DNA from: an uncultured Chloroflexia bacterium
GTDB taxonomy: Bacteria > Chloroflexota > Limnocylindria > Limnocylindrales > CSP1-4
Direction: 5' to 3'
NCBI GenBank assembly: GCA_963763775.1
Contig: CAVXPZ010000004.1
Coordinates: forward strand, 384,001-448,000
Length of the DNA: 64,000 nucleotides
The notes under the pieces are model-generated. The model worked only from the letters and a program-made list of their open reading frames with translations, ran no database searches and was not told the origin of the DNA. Of this stretch, positions 38,384 to 49,296 are shown piece after piece. Made by a program: the position numbers and the translations under genes. Each line of letters starts with the position of its first letter. The stretch's first letter is position 1.

Positions 38384-39407
38384 TCAGTGCTCGACGACGT
38401 GGTCGAGCGTGCCCGCCTCGGCGACCCAGGACGCGACCTCCCCCTCGGTCGGGAGGCGACGGACGATGTCCGGCCGCGCCGCGACGACCTCCTGGAGGGT
38501 GACGAACAGATTCGACGGGTTCCGCTGCGCCAGCTCGGCCGGCGAATCGACGCCGGCGGCCTCGAGCAGGTCGCTGTATTGCGGCCCGACGCCGGGGACC
38601 CGCATGAGGTCCACCTTGTTCACCCAGTCGCGGATGAGGTCGCCGCTGATCCCGGTCTCTTCGGCGATCCGCGCGCGATCATGCGGCTTGGCGCCCGCCG
38701 AGAGCAGGTCCTGCGTCGTCGTGATGCCCACCGCCGCCAGCTTGGCGGCCTGGGCGGGACCGATCCCCTCGACGTCCTCGATGCTCATGCGATGGCTCGT
38801 GGCCGGAGCGTCGCCGTCCGCTGGCGCTGCCGGAGCGGCGGCGGGCTCGACGGGCGCGGCGGCGGGCTCGGGCTGCGCAGCGGCGACGGCCGCGACGGCG
38901 GCAACCGGCGCGGCGGCCGACGGGAGCGGGAGCGGGGGGAGCAGGCGCGGCGGCGGCCAGGGCGACCGGCGCGGCGGCGGCGGCAGGGGCGGGGGCGGCC
39001 GCCGGTGCCGCGGTCGATCCGTCGAGGCCGAACGCGGCCCGGACGTCGGCGGTGCCCAGGTACCAGAGGATCAGGACCGGCATGATCGCCATCGAGAGGC
39101 CGACCCCCGTCCCGGGGAACTGGAAGAATGCGAGGACTGCCTCGAACAGCCCGATCCCCGCGATGATCTGCGCGAAGAAGCGCGCCCAGGGCTGGAGCGC
39201 CCACAGTCCCAGCGCGGCGAGCAGCCACACGATCCCGGTGAAGACCGCCAGCCATCCCCAGAGCCCGACGTGCTCGACCGCCGGCAGGTCGCCGAGGACG
39301 CCGAACCAGTCGAAGCCGATGACGCGCAGGCCGAAGAACAGGAAACCGAATCCTGCGAGCGCCGCGAAGAAGCCGAGGATGGCGATGAGGATCGGCGGGT
39401 TCTTCAT
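38384..39407 (-). CDS. 4-TM membrane domain + Ala/Pro linker + DUF4332-like HhH domain, probably one gene with a +1 frameshift near 38925
   Basis: Removing one C gives ...APADGDAPATSHR-MSIEDVEGIGP...DLMRVPGVGPQYSDLLEAAGVDSPAELAQRNP in one frame. Confidence 0.7.
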
Positions 39408-39604
39408 GGGACTCCTCCACCTGGACCAGACTCGCCTCCGGCGTGAGGCCGGGGCGATGCGATCGACGGTCCGAGTCGAGCGTGCTCGCAACGGTACCGC
39501 AGCCCGCAAGCGACCGGATGGTCACGGCGCACGGGCGCGGGCGAGGATGCGCTGGCACGGACGCCTCGACGACTACCATGGCCGTCCGCGCAGGAGGCCG
39601 ACCC

Positions 39605-40387
39605 GTGTGCTTCGATCTCGATAGCCATCCGCCGATCCCGCCGATCGCCGGCGGCGCGCTCGATTCCGAGCGGCTGACCCTGACGGCGGTCGACGGCAAC
39701 CGCCTCACCGCCTTCGGTGCCCGAGCGGCCGAGTCCGCCGGCGCCGGCGTCGTGATCCTCCCCGATGTCCGCGGCCTGCACCCGTACTACGAGGAGCTCG
39801 CCCTGCGGTTCGCCGAGAACGGCATCGACGCCGTCGCCATCGACTGGTTCGGCCGGACGGCACCCAGCGACGATCGCGGCGACGCCTTCGAGTACATGCC
39901 GCACGCCGGGGCGACGACCTGGGCAGGCATCGCCGCGGACACCGCGGCTGCCGTCGCGGCCATCCGGACGCCGACCAGGGGGCGTGCCGCCCCGACCACC
40001 GTCTTCACGATCGGGTTCTGCATGGGCGGCCGGATGTCGTTCCTCGCGGGAACGCTCGGGCTGGGTCTCGCGGGCGTGATCGGGTTCTACGGGACGCTGG
40101 TCGGGCCGTGGCGGAACGATGCGCCCGCCCCGGTCGACGTCGCGGCGGCCATCGCGTCACCCGTCCTGGGCCTGTTCGGCGGGGCCGACACGGCTATCGC
40201 GCCAGAGGCGATCGAGGCGTTCGACGCCGCGCTGACGGCGGCCGGCACCGACCATCGCCTCGTCTCGTACCCGGGTGCGCCGCACAGCTTCTTCGACCGC
40301 AAGGCCGCCGAGTTCACCGACGCGAGCGCCGCGGCCTGGGCGGAGACGCTGGCCTTCATCGGGGAGCGGACCACGCCGGCCCGCTGA
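39605..40387 (+). CDS. Dienelactone hydrolase family protein
   Basis: PDVRGL, GFCMGG, GGAD, YPGAPHSF; AGGAGG SD before GTG. Confidence 0.92.
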   Translation: MCFDLDSHPPIPPIAGGALDSERLTLTAVDGNRLTAFGARAAESAGAGVVILPDVRGLHPYYEELALRFAENGIDAVAIDWFGRTAPSDDRGDAFEYMPHAGATTWAGIAADTAAAVAAIRTPTRGRAAPTTVFTIGFCMGGRMSFLAGTLGLGLAGVIGFYGTLVGPWRNDAPAPVDVAAAIASPVLGLFGGADTAIAPEAIEAFDAALTAAGTDHRLVSYPGAPHSFFDRKAAEFTDASAAAWAETLAFIGERTTPAR

Positions 40388-40393
40388 TCCGGG

Positions 40394-41356
40394 TCAGACC
40401 AGCTTCACGACCTTCGCGCCGGCGTTGCGCGGCTCGACGACCTCGATCCGGCCGGGCAGGTCGGTGTCCGCCGCGGCCGCCGCGAACGCGCCCTCGACCC
40501 GCGTGATCCCGGCCATCGAGTCGACGAAGGCGAGGATCGACGAGCCCGCGCCCGAGAGGCACGCCCCGAGCGCTCCCGCCTCGCGCGCGGCCTCGATCAT
40601 CTGGGGCATCTGCGGATAGACCGATGCCCGGTAGGGCTCGTGGATCCGGTCCACCGTGAGGTATCGAAGGAGGTCGTGCCGCCCGGCGGCGATCCCGGCG
40701 ACGCCCAGGCCGACGGCGCCGATGTTCGCCACGGCGTCCACCAGCGGCACCTTCGCGGGGAGCGCCTTGCGCATCCCCTCCGTCGGGAGCCGGAGCTCGG
40801 GGATGAAGAGGACGATCCGGAGGTCGCGCGGCGTATCGAAGCGCACGGCCTCGACGCCGTCGGGTGTCCGGGCACTCACCGTGAAGCCGCCGAGCAGCGC
40901 CGCGGCGGCGTTGTCCGGGTGGCCCTCGACCTCGCTCGCGAGCCGGAGCAGGTCCGCCTGCGGGAGCGGGTCGCCGAGGAGCGCGTTGCCGGCGACGACG
41001 CCAGCGACCGTCGCGGCGGCGGACGAGCCGAGCCCGCGCGCGAGCGGGATCCGGTTGTGCATGACGATGCGCCACCCCACGCCCGCCGGCAGGTCGCCGC
41101 GCGCGCCCTCGAGCGCGGCCTCGAGGCCCTGGACGAACCGGTTGTCGCGGTCCTCGGTGAGTTCGTTGCGGCCCTCGCCCTCGACCGTCAGCTCGATCTC
41201 GCCGCGACTCCAGCCGCGGACCTCGAGTTCGACCGTGTTCGTCAGGGCCAGCGCGACGCCGAGGCAGTCGTAGCCCGCGCCGAGGTTGGCCGACGACGCG
41301 GGCACCTCCACGGTGACCTTGCGCCCGTCGAGCTCGGCCAGCCAATGCGCGACCAT
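40394..41356 (-). CDS. thrB: Homoserine kinase
   Basis: VPASSANLGAGYD, PLARGLGSSAAA, EGHPDN, LSGAGS. Confidence 0.96.
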   Translation of the reverse strand: MVAHWLAELDGRKVTVEVPASSANLGAGYDCLGVALALTNTVELEVRGWSRGEIELTVEGEGRNELTEDRDNRFVQGLEAALEGARGDLPAGVGWRIVMHNRIPLARGLGSSAAATVAGVVAGNALLGDPLPQADLLRLASEVEGHPDNAAAALLGGFTVSARTPDGVEAVRFDTPRDLRIVLFIPELRLPTEGMRKALPAKVPLVDAVANIGAVGLGVAGIAAGRHDLLRYLTVDRIHEPYRASVYPQMPQMIEAAREAGALGACLSGAGSSILAFVDSMAGITRVEGAFAAAAADTDLPGRIEVVEPRNAGAKVVKLV

Positions 41357-41360
41357 CGGC

Positions 41361-42447
41361 CTACCAGCCCAGCGCCACGGCGACCGCGCCGACCGTCGGC
41401 TCGGCCTCGATGAACGGCCCCGCCTCGAGCTCGGCGGTCGTCGGGTCCTTGAGACCGTGCCCGGTCAGGACGCAGACGACGAGGGCGCCCGGGTCCAGTT
41501 CGCCGGCACGGGCCGCCTTGCGGACCCCGGCCACGGATGCCGCCGAGGCCGGCTCGCAGAAGATGCCCTCGGTCCGGGCGAGGTCGCGATACGCGGCGAG
41601 GATCTCGTCATCGGTCACGGCGCTGATCCGTCCACCGGACGCATCGCGCGCCTCGATGGCCAGGGCCCAGGACGCCGGGTCGCCGATGCGGATCGCGGTG
41701 GCGATCGTCTCGGGGTGGTCCACGCGGACACCGCTGACGAGCGGCGCGGCGCCGGCCGCCTGGAACCCCCACATCCGTGGCGTGCCGGTCACCCGGCCCG
41801 CGGCGGCATACGCCCGGAACCCGGCCCAGTACGCGCTGATGTTCCCGGCATTCCCGACGGGGATCGCCAGGATGTCCGGCGCCCGGCCGAGCTGGTCGCA
41901 GACCTCGAACGCGGCGGTCTGCTGCCCGTCGAGGCGGTACGGATTGACCGAGTTCACCAGCGTCACCGGGTGGTCGTCCTGCTCGGCGAGCGCGCGGACG
42001 ATGGCGAGCGCCTGGTCGAAGTTGCCGTCGATCGCCACGACGCGAGCGCCCGCCATCTGCGCCTGCAGCAGCTTGCCCTTCGCGATCTGGCCGCGCGGCA
42101 GCACGACGATGACCTCCATGCCGGCCGCCGCCCCGTAGGCCGCCGCGGAAGCCGAGGTGTTGCCGGTCGACGCGCAGACGATGGCCCGGGCGCCGGCCTC
42201 CGCGGCCTTCGCGACCGCGACGACCATGCCGCGGTCCTTGAAGGACCCGGTCGGGTTCTGGCCCTCGACCTTGAGGTGGAGGTCCGGCACGCCGATCGCG
42301 GCCCCGAGCCGCGCGGCATGGACGAGCGGCGTGGACCCCTCACCGAGCGTCAGCGGCGGGCGTCGCGTCGGTGACGGGGAGGAACGCCCGATAGCGCTCC
42401 ATCAGGCGCGGCCGGACCGCGGACCCGCTCGTGGCGGCGTCAGTCAT
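41361..42447 (-). CDS. thrC: Threonine synthase (apparent +1 frameshift near 42358)
   Basis: [44 protein letters not shown]. Confidence 0.93.
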
Positions 42448-43591
42448 CGAGGGGGTACCGCGTACCACTGGAGGCTTCGAAGACATCGGCCTCGGGACGC
42501 CGGACCGGCCGCTCCGTCGGCGCCATGGCTGGCGGTCGCGGACCCCAGGTCGAGCCGGCGCCATGTGCGACCGCCATCAGGTCGCCGAGCACGGCCGAGG
42601 AGGTGGCGGCACCGCCCGCGCCCGGACCGTCGAGGCCGACCCGACCGACCGGGACGGCGTCGATCTCGATGCGGTTGCGGACCCCCGCGGTCCGCCCGAG
42701 CGGGGAGTCGACCGGCAGCGCGGTGGGGAGGACGGCCGCCGCGATCGCCTCGTCGGCACCCACCGACGCCGTCGCCACGAGACGGATGATCCGCCCGGCA
42801 GCCCGGGCGTCGCGCTGGTCGCCGAGCGTGACGGTCGTGATGCCCGGGCCGGCCGGGCCCTCGCGGCCGTCGGGGCGCGTCGGGATCGCCGAGGGGTCCA
42901 GCCACCGGCCGAACGCCAGCCGCGCCAGGATCACGAGCTTGTTGGCGGCATCGAGGCCCTCGACGTCGCCCGACGGGTCCGCCTCCGCATAGCCGAGGCG
43001 CTGCGCGTCGGCGAGCGCGGTCGCGTAGTCCACCGGGTCGTCGTCGTCGGTCATCGCGGTGAGGATGTGGTTGGTGGTGCCGTTGACGATGCCGCGGACG
43101 CGGGTCACGCGGTTCGCCGCCAGGTCCGAGGCGAGCGGGCCGAGCACGGGGATCCCGCCGCCCACGGCCGCCTCGAACCGCAGGGACGCGCCGGTCCGCC
43201 GCGCGATCGCCTCGAGCGCATCGCCGTGATGCGCGATGACGTGCTTGTTCGCCGTCACGACGTGCTTGCCCATCGACAACGCCGCGGCGATCAACGTGTG
43301 CGCCGGCTCGTCACCGCCCATCAGCTCGACGATGACGTCGATCGACTCGTCCGCGACGAGGTGGGCTGGCGCATCGCTCAGCAGCTCGGCCGGCAGGCCG
43401 CGAGCCTGTGCCCGCGCGGTGTCGCGAACGGCGACCGCCGCCAGCTCGATGGCCGGCCCACCGGACGGCTGGAGCGACCCGGGACGCTCGAGGAGCGCGC
43501 ACGCGACCGCATGCCCGACCGTCCCCGCACCGAGGACGGCGACGCGCAGCGGGGCACCGCTCGAGGCCGGCGCGTGGGCGGGTGACGACAT
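42440..43591 (-). CDS. hom: Homoserine dehydrogenase
   Basis: LGAGTVG, VVTANK, FEAAVGGGIP, GIVNGTTN, GYAEADP, GPGAG. Confidence 0.95.
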   Translation of the reverse strand: MSSPAHAPASSGAPLRVAVLGAGTVGHAVACALLERPGSLQPSGGPAIELAAVAVRDTARAQARGLPAELLSDAPAHLVADESIDVIVELMGGDEPAHTLIAAALSMGKHVVTANKHVIAHHGDALEAIARRTGASLRFEAAVGGGIPVLGPLASDLAANRVTRVRGIVNGTTNHILTAMTDDDDPVDYATALADAQRLGYAEADPSGDVEGLDAANKLVILARLAFGRWLDPSAIPTRPDGREGPAGPGITTVTLGDQRDARAAGRIIRLVATASVGADEAIAAAVLPTALPVDSPLGRTAGVRNRIEIDAVPVGRVGLDGPGAGGAATSSAVLGDLMAVAHGAGSTWGPRPPAMAPTERPVRRPEADVFEASSGTRYPLDD

Positions 43592-43666
43592 GGCGGGATG
43601 GTAGCCGACGGGGAGGTCCCGACGAGGTGGCCGAGGGGTGAGAGCGGTCCGCTACACTCGCCCTCG

Positions 43667-44686
43667 ATGACGACCGAGCTCGCCCCTGCCCCGTCGCCGA
43701 GCGCCGCCGCCGCGCCGAGACCGCGGATCTTCAGCGGCATCCAGCCCTCGGGCGCGCCCCACATCGGCAACGACCTCGGGGCCATCCGCAACTACGTCCG
43801 GCTCCAGTGGGAGTACGAGGCGATCTACTGCATCGTCGACTACCACGCGCTCACGAGCCTCCACGACGCGGACCGCCTGCGCCGTCAGACGCGCGAGATG
43901 GCGGCGGCGCTGCTGGCCCTCGGCCTGGACCCGGAGCGCTGCACGCTCTTCGTCCAGAGTCACCGCCCCGAGCACACGGAGCTCGCCTGGCTGCTCGCGA
44001 CGGTCACGCCGGTCAGCTGGCTGGAGCGCACCCCGACGTACAAGGAGAAGAAGCAGAACCAGCCCGACGACGTCAACCACGGCCTGTTGACGTACCCGGT
44101 CCTCCAGGCGGCGGACATCGTCATCTACAAGGCGTCGCTCGTGCCCGTCGGCAAGGACCAGGCGGCGCACCTGGAGCTGAGCCGCGAGATCGTCCGGGCC
44201 TTCAACGCCCGCTACGGCGAGACCTTCCCCGAGCCGCAGGCTGTCCACACCGATTCGCCGATCGTCCTCGGGACCGACGGCGTCCGGAAGATGAGCAAGT
44301 CCCTCGGGAACACCATCGAGATCTTCGCCCCGGAGGACGAGGTCAAGAAGCAGATCATGTCGATGGTGACCGACACGAAGCGGATCCTGCGAACCGACCC
44401 AGGACGCCCCGAGGTCTGCAACGTCTGCCAGCTCCACCGCTCCTTCGGTGACGACTACGAGGAGATCTGGGAGGGCGAGCGGACGGCGCGCACGGGCTGC
44501 GTCGACACGAAGAAGCTGCTCCTCCAACGCGTCCTGGAGCACTACGCGGAGCCGCGCGAACGGTATCGGGAGCTGATGGCCGATCCCGACCGGATCGACC
44601 GGATCCTCGCGGAGGGCGCGGAACGGATCCGGCCCATCGCGGAGGCGACGATGGCCGAGGTCCGCGAGAAGATGGGCCTGCGCTGA
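43667..44686 (+). CDS. trpS: Tryptophanyl-tRNA synthetase
   Basis: FSGIQPSG, HIGN, YPVLQAADI, VPVGKDQ, KMSKS. Confidence 0.96.
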   Translation: MTTELAPAPSPSAAAAPRPRIFSGIQPSGAPHIGNDLGAIRNYVRLQWEYEAIYCIVDYHALTSLHDADRLRRQTREMAAALLALGLDPERCTLFVQSHRPEHTELAWLLATVTPVSWLERTPTYKEKKQNQPDDVNHGLLTYPVLQAADIVIYKASLVPVGKDQAAHLELSREIVRAFNARYGETFPEPQAVHTDSPIVLGTDGVRKMSKSLGNTIEIFAPEDEVKKQIMSMVTDTKRILRTDPGRPEVCNVCQLHRSFGDDYEEIWEGERTARTGCVDTKKLLLQRVLEHYAEPRERYRELMADPDRIDRILAEGAERIRPIAEATMAEVREKMGLR

Positions 44687-44688
44687 CG

Positions 44689-45968
44689 ATGCTCGGTGTC
44701 CAGCCGGGAGGACGGGATCGTCGGCTGATCGACGCCATCCTCGTGCTGGCCGTCGTCGCGCTCTTCTTCATCGTCGTCGGGCAGCTGGCCTCGGTCTTCT
44801 TCTACTTCGGCGACATCTTCCTGACGTTCTTCCTCGCGTGGCTGCTCGCGTTCATCATCAGCCCGGTCGTCACGCGGATCAGCTCGGTCATCCCGCGTCT
44901 GCCGAGGGTCGTGGCGACCGTCCTGGTCTACACCGCGGTCGTCGCGGTCCTCCTGTTGATCCTCATCCTCGTGGCCGGCGCGCTCGCCTCGTCGATCACG
45001 GAGTTCGTCGCCTCGATCCCCGGGCCTCGAACACGACCTCCCGAACATCGTGAAGCCGTGGGAGGACTGGCTCGCCTCGATCGGGCTCGGCCAGGTCGAC
45101 CTCCTCGCGCAGGCCCAGGCCCTGCTGGCGAACCTCGACAACCTGAGCTCGGCCATCGTCGAGCCACTCCAGCAGATCGCGGTCGTCAGCCTGAGCGTGT
45201 TCGGCACGATGCTCATCGTGTTCTTCCTCTCGATCTACATGGTCATCGACCGCGACCAGATCCTCGCGTTCATGTTCCGCCTCGTCCCGCCGACCTACGC
45301 CGAGGAGGCACGGCTCCTCCAGACCGTCCGTCTCGAAGTCCTTCGGCGGGTTCCTCCGGGGCCAGGCACTCATGGGCTTCGTCTACTTCCTCGTCGCGCT
45401 CGCCACGAGCGTGGTGTTCGGCCTGCCGCTCGTCGGGATCACGGCCGCCGCCGCGGGCCTCCTCATGGCGATCCCGTTCTTCGGGCCGTTCGTGGCCTGG
45501 ATGCCCCCGGTGATCGTGGCCCTGCTCTTCAAGCCGGACGCCGTCCTGCCGGTCACGGCGCTGATGGCCGCCGGATGGTTCGTCGTCATGAACGTCCTGC
45601 AGCCGCGGATCATGCAGGGGGCCGTCGGGATCCACCCGATCGTGGTCCTCGGCGCGGTGTTGATCGGCGGGCGGATCGCGGGCATCCCGGGCGCGATCTT
45701 CGGGATCCCGATCGCGGCCGTCGCGTCGGCCTTCTTCTTCCACTTCCTCCATCGCACCTCCGGCGACCGGTCCGTGACCGGGCGCGCGGCGAAGCGGCTC
45801 AGCGAGCGCGAAGGCCGGCCGGTCCGCATCCCTCGCGAGCCGACCCCAGGCAGCGCCAGCGATGTCGACGATCCCGACGATGCCGGGGGGTCGTCCGCCC
45901 CCGCGCCCCCGCCCGGGCCGACGACCGGGCCGGCCGGTACGGACCGACCCGAGGCCGGACCGACATGA
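44689..45968 (+). CDS. AI-2E family transporter (two apparent +1 frameshifts near 45020 and 45325)
   Basis: LAFIISPVV; FGGFLRGQ; IPFFGP; LQPRIMQGAVGIHP; GAIFGIP. Confidence 0.88.
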
Positions 45969-46904
45969 GCGAGGATCGCCCCGACATGACCCGCGAGCGG
46001 GCCCGGACGGAGCGACGCGACCTCGACAAGGAGCGCGGCGAGCCGGTCCCCGGCGGGCCGGCGCGCGGCGGTCCCAGGAAGCTGCGCAAGGGTGCGGCGA
46101 CGGAACCGGCGTCGGGCGCCCGGCCACGGATCCTCGTCACCAACGACGACGGGGTGGAGTCGCGTGGCTTGCTCGCGTTGAAGATGGCCCTGGACCCGAT
46201 CGGCGACGTCACGGTGGTCGCCCCGGACACGAACCAGAGTGCCGTCGGCCACCAGAAGACGCTGATGCGCCCGCTCCGCGTCCGCGAGCGGATCCTGGGC
46301 GACGGATCGACCGCGTATTCGGTGGACGGCTCGCCGACGGATGCCGTGAGCCTGGCGTTCCTCGGGTACTTCGGCCACGGCTTCGACCTCGTCGCGTCCG
46401 GCATCAACTACGGCGCGAATCTCGGCGACGACATCACGTACTCGGGCACGGTGAGCGCCGCGATGGAGGGCGTCATCAACAACTGCCCGGCCTTCGCGAT
46501 CTCGCAGGAGTACTACGAACACCCCGATTTCGCGCTCGCGGCGATGGCAGCGACGACCGTGGCCCGGAACATCCTCGACCATGGCCTCGCACCGGGCGAG
46601 CTCGTCAACGTCAACGTCCCGGGCGTCACGCTCGAGGAGTGCCAGGGGTTCGAGGTGACGCGGCTTGGCAAGCGCATCTACCAGGACCAGCTGGTCGAGC
46701 GGCTCGACCCGCGCGGCATCCCCTACTTCTGGATCGGGGGTCCGCCGCCGTCAGGGCTCGCCGTCGGAGGGGACGGACTTCCACGCCGTCATCAACCGGC
46801 GGATCGCGGTCACGCCGATCCACCTCGACCTGACCGGGCGCCGCCTGCTGAAGCGGCTCCGCACCTGGGCGTGGACGCTGGACGACCCGGGGCCGGCCGA
46901 CTGA
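45965..46904 (+). CDS. surE: 5'/3'-nucleotidase SurE (apparent +1 frameshift near 46766)
   Basis: ILVTNDDG, VVAP..NQSAVG, DGSPTDAV, SGINYGANLG, YSGTVSAA. Confidence 0.93.
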
Positions 46905-46956
46905 CCCGGGGTACCATCGCCGTCGTCTGGACGCCCCAGCCGAGACCACCGGGAGG

Positions 46957-47476
46957 ATGCACGCCTTGGACGATCTCACGAACCTCATCACGCAGCTCGG
47001 TGGCGCGACCGAAGGCGCCGGCGCCACGGACCCGGCGGCAGCGCTGAGCGGGCTGCAGCACGCCGTCCAGCAGGAGGGCGGCCTCGACGGCCTGATGGGC
47101 AAGCTCAAGGCCGCGGGTCTCGGCGACCAGGTCGACTCGTGGGTGTCCACCGGCGCAGAACCAGCCGATCGACCCGAACCAGCTCGGCCAGGCGCTCGGC
47201 CCGGAGACGGTCCAGCGTCTCTCGGCGGGCTCGGGGATCGACGTCGGCGCGCTGCTGCCGATGCTCGCGGCGTTCCTGCCGCAGATCATCGACATGCTGA
47301 CCCCGGGCGGTCAGGAGCCGGCCGGCGGGCTGACCGGCCAGGGCATGCCCGACATCGGCTCGATCCTGGGTGGCCTGACCGGCGGCGCCTCGGGGAGCGG
47401 CACGGGCGGCCAGGCCGGCCTCGACGACCTCCTCGGCGGTCTCGGCGGCATCCTCGGGGGCAACAAGGGCAGCTGA
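46957..47476 (+). CDS. YidB/DUF937-like protein (apparent +1 frameshift near 47155)
   Basis: GGLDGLMGKLKAAGLGDQVDSWVSTG|QNQPI; LPQIIDMLTPGG. Confidence 0.8.
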
Positions 47477-47575
47477 GCCCCGCCGGGCGTCGACGCCCGG
47501 CCATCGTCACTCGTCCATCCCGGACGCCACCGAGGTCGGTGGCCGCCGCGGTCGAGGCTCGGGCATCGTGGCGCC

Positions 47576-48184
47576 ATGGATGACGCCGCCAGCCTGGCCG
47601 CCGCTCGCGTGCGACGGTTCCTCGAGCAGGAGCCGGTCGTCTGGCTGTCCACGGTCCGGCCGGACGGGACCCCGCACATCGTCCCGATCTGGTTCTTCTT
47701 CGACGGCGCCGACGTGCTGGTCTTCTCGAAGCCGCACGCCCAGAAGGTCAGGAACATGCGCGCACACCCGGCCGTGATGCTCGGCGTGGGCGACCCGGAG
47801 GACGACTTCGACGTCGGATTGCTCGAGGGTCGCGCGGAGCTGCTGTCGCGACCGACGTCGGAGGTGCTGCCGCCGGCCCACCTGGCGAAGTACGCCGACC
47901 GGCTGGAGGCGATCGGCCTGTCCGAGGCCGAGTACGCCGAGACGTACTCCCTCGCGATCCGGATCGTGCCCGACCACTACCTGGGCTGGCACGGACGAAC
48001 GACACCGCGGAGCGCACGACTCGCCGGCGCGCCGACGACATCGTTGGCGGAGCCGCCGACCGGGCGGCCCGGGCTCCGCGGGTGGCTGGGCGAACCCCTC
48101 AGTCGCGGGCTTCGCGACCTTCGCGACCTGCGGGCCGGTCTCGGCGCCGGGATCGCGCGTCCCGCCGGCGTCGGCGCCCTCTGA
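47576..48184 (+). CDS. Pyridoxamine 5'-phosphate oxidase-like split-barrel flavin/F420-binding protein
   Basis: WLSTVRPDGTPHIVPIWF, KVRNMRAHPAV. Confidence 0.85.
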   Translation: MDDAASLAAARVRRFLEQEPVVWLSTVRPDGTPHIVPIWFFFDGADVLVFSKPHAQKVRNMRAHPAVMLGVGDPEDDFDVGLLEGRAELLSRPTSEVLPPAHLAKYADRLEAIGLSEAEYAETYSLAIRIVPDHYLGWHGRTTPRSARLAGAPTTSLAEPPTGRPGLRGWLGEPLSRGLRDLRDLRAGLGAGIARPAGVGAL

Positions 48185-48206
48185 TCGATCCCGGGCGAGG
48201 CACGCG

Positions 48207-48824
48207 CTAGTCGATCAGCGGCACGTCCACGACGTGCTCCGCCAGGAACCAGACCTGCAGCTCGTGTCGACGGAGCACGTCACCCATCAGCAGGTCGTTC
48301 GAGCCCCAGTCCTCGTTCCGCTCGGTGGCCTCGATGGCGCGCCGCACCTTGCGGATGATGATCTCGTGGGCGTCGATCGTCCGCTCGATCATCGCCGACA
48401 CCTCCTCGGCCCCGTCCGGCGGACGGGAGATCGACGTCAGTTCGGCGGCGTGGCGCGGGTCGCCCACCGCGATCCCGCCGAGGCTCTGGATCCGCTCGGC
48501 GAGAAGGTCGACGAGGTCGTTCTGCTCCTCGGCGTGCTTGTCGAAGAGGAGGTGGAGCTGGTAGAAGGTCGGACCCGCGACGAGCCAGTGGTGCTTCTTG
48601 TAGAGGCTGTACAGCACCATCGAGTCGGCGAGGATGACGCCGAGCAGCCGGCAGCTCTCGGCCTTGGCGTCCGCGTCGAGGCCGATCGGCAGCCGGCGCA
48701 GCGTCCCGAAGGGCTGCAGCTCGCCGGTAGCTGACCGGCGGCGCGGGTTCGGCGAGGCCGTCGGCGTGCGGGCCGCCCCGTGGCTGGAGCCGTTGCGGCT
48801 CGCCTTGGTCCTGGTCACTGCCAT
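48207..48824 (-). CDS. dps: Dps DNA-protection ferritin-like protein
   Basis: KKHHWLVAGPTFYQLHLLFD, DLLAERI, HELQVWFL. Confidence 0.92.
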   Translation of the reverse strand: MAVTRTKASRNGSSHGAARTPTASPNPRRRSATGELQPFGTLRRLPIGLDADAKAESCRLLGVILADSMVLYSLYKKHHWLVAGPTFYQLHLLFDKHAEEQNDLVDLLAERIQSLGGIAVGDPRHAAELTSISRPPDGAEEVSAMIERTIDAHEIIIRKVRRAIEATERNEDWGSNDLLMGDVLRRHELQVWFLAEHVVDVPLID

Positions 48825-48878
48825 GGGTCGTCCTCCGTCACGTCAGGGTGGGTCCCTACCGTCGCCGACGGCGCATCC

Positions 48879-48913
48879 TTGCGATGCCATCGCGACCGAC
48901 GCTGGCATCGCAA
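48879..48913. repeat. Perfect 11-bp inverted repeat in the dps divergent intergenic region
   Basis: TTGCGATGCCA-N13-TGGCATCGCAA. Confidence 0.75.
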
Positions 48914-48939
48914 CGGCGTTGCACCACCACGAGGGGGTC

Positions 48940-49296
48940 ATGCCACAGGATCCGACCCGCCGGTCCGACCGCTCGCCATGGCGGATGGCGACGCTCATCG
49001 TGGTCGCCCTGGCCCTCGGCCTCGTCATCGCCCGCATCGACAGCCGCCCGGGCTGGGACGACACCGGGACCAGCGCCGGGCTCCTGCTCCTCGGCACCGC
49101 CACGATCGCCGCCGTGGGCGGTGCGCGGCCGTGGCTGTGGGCGATCCTCGTCGGCGCGCCGACGCCCATCACAGAGATCGTCTCGACCGGGAACACCGGA
49201 TCGACCCTGGCGCTCGTCTTCGCGGCCATCGGCGCCGCCGTCGGCTGGTGGATCGGGTCCATCGTCCGCGGCACGGACGGCGGGGGTCGCCGCTAG
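48940..49296 (+). CDS. Small 4-TM membrane protein
   Basis: IDSRPGWDDTG and RPWLWA between hydrophobic helices; GAGGGGG SD. Confidence 0.7.
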   Translation: MPQDPTRRSDRSPWRMATLIVVALALGLVIARIDSRPGWDDTGTSAGLLLLGTATIAAVGGARPWLWAILVGAPTPITEIVSTGNTGSTLALVFAAIGAAVGWWIGSIVRGTDGGGRR

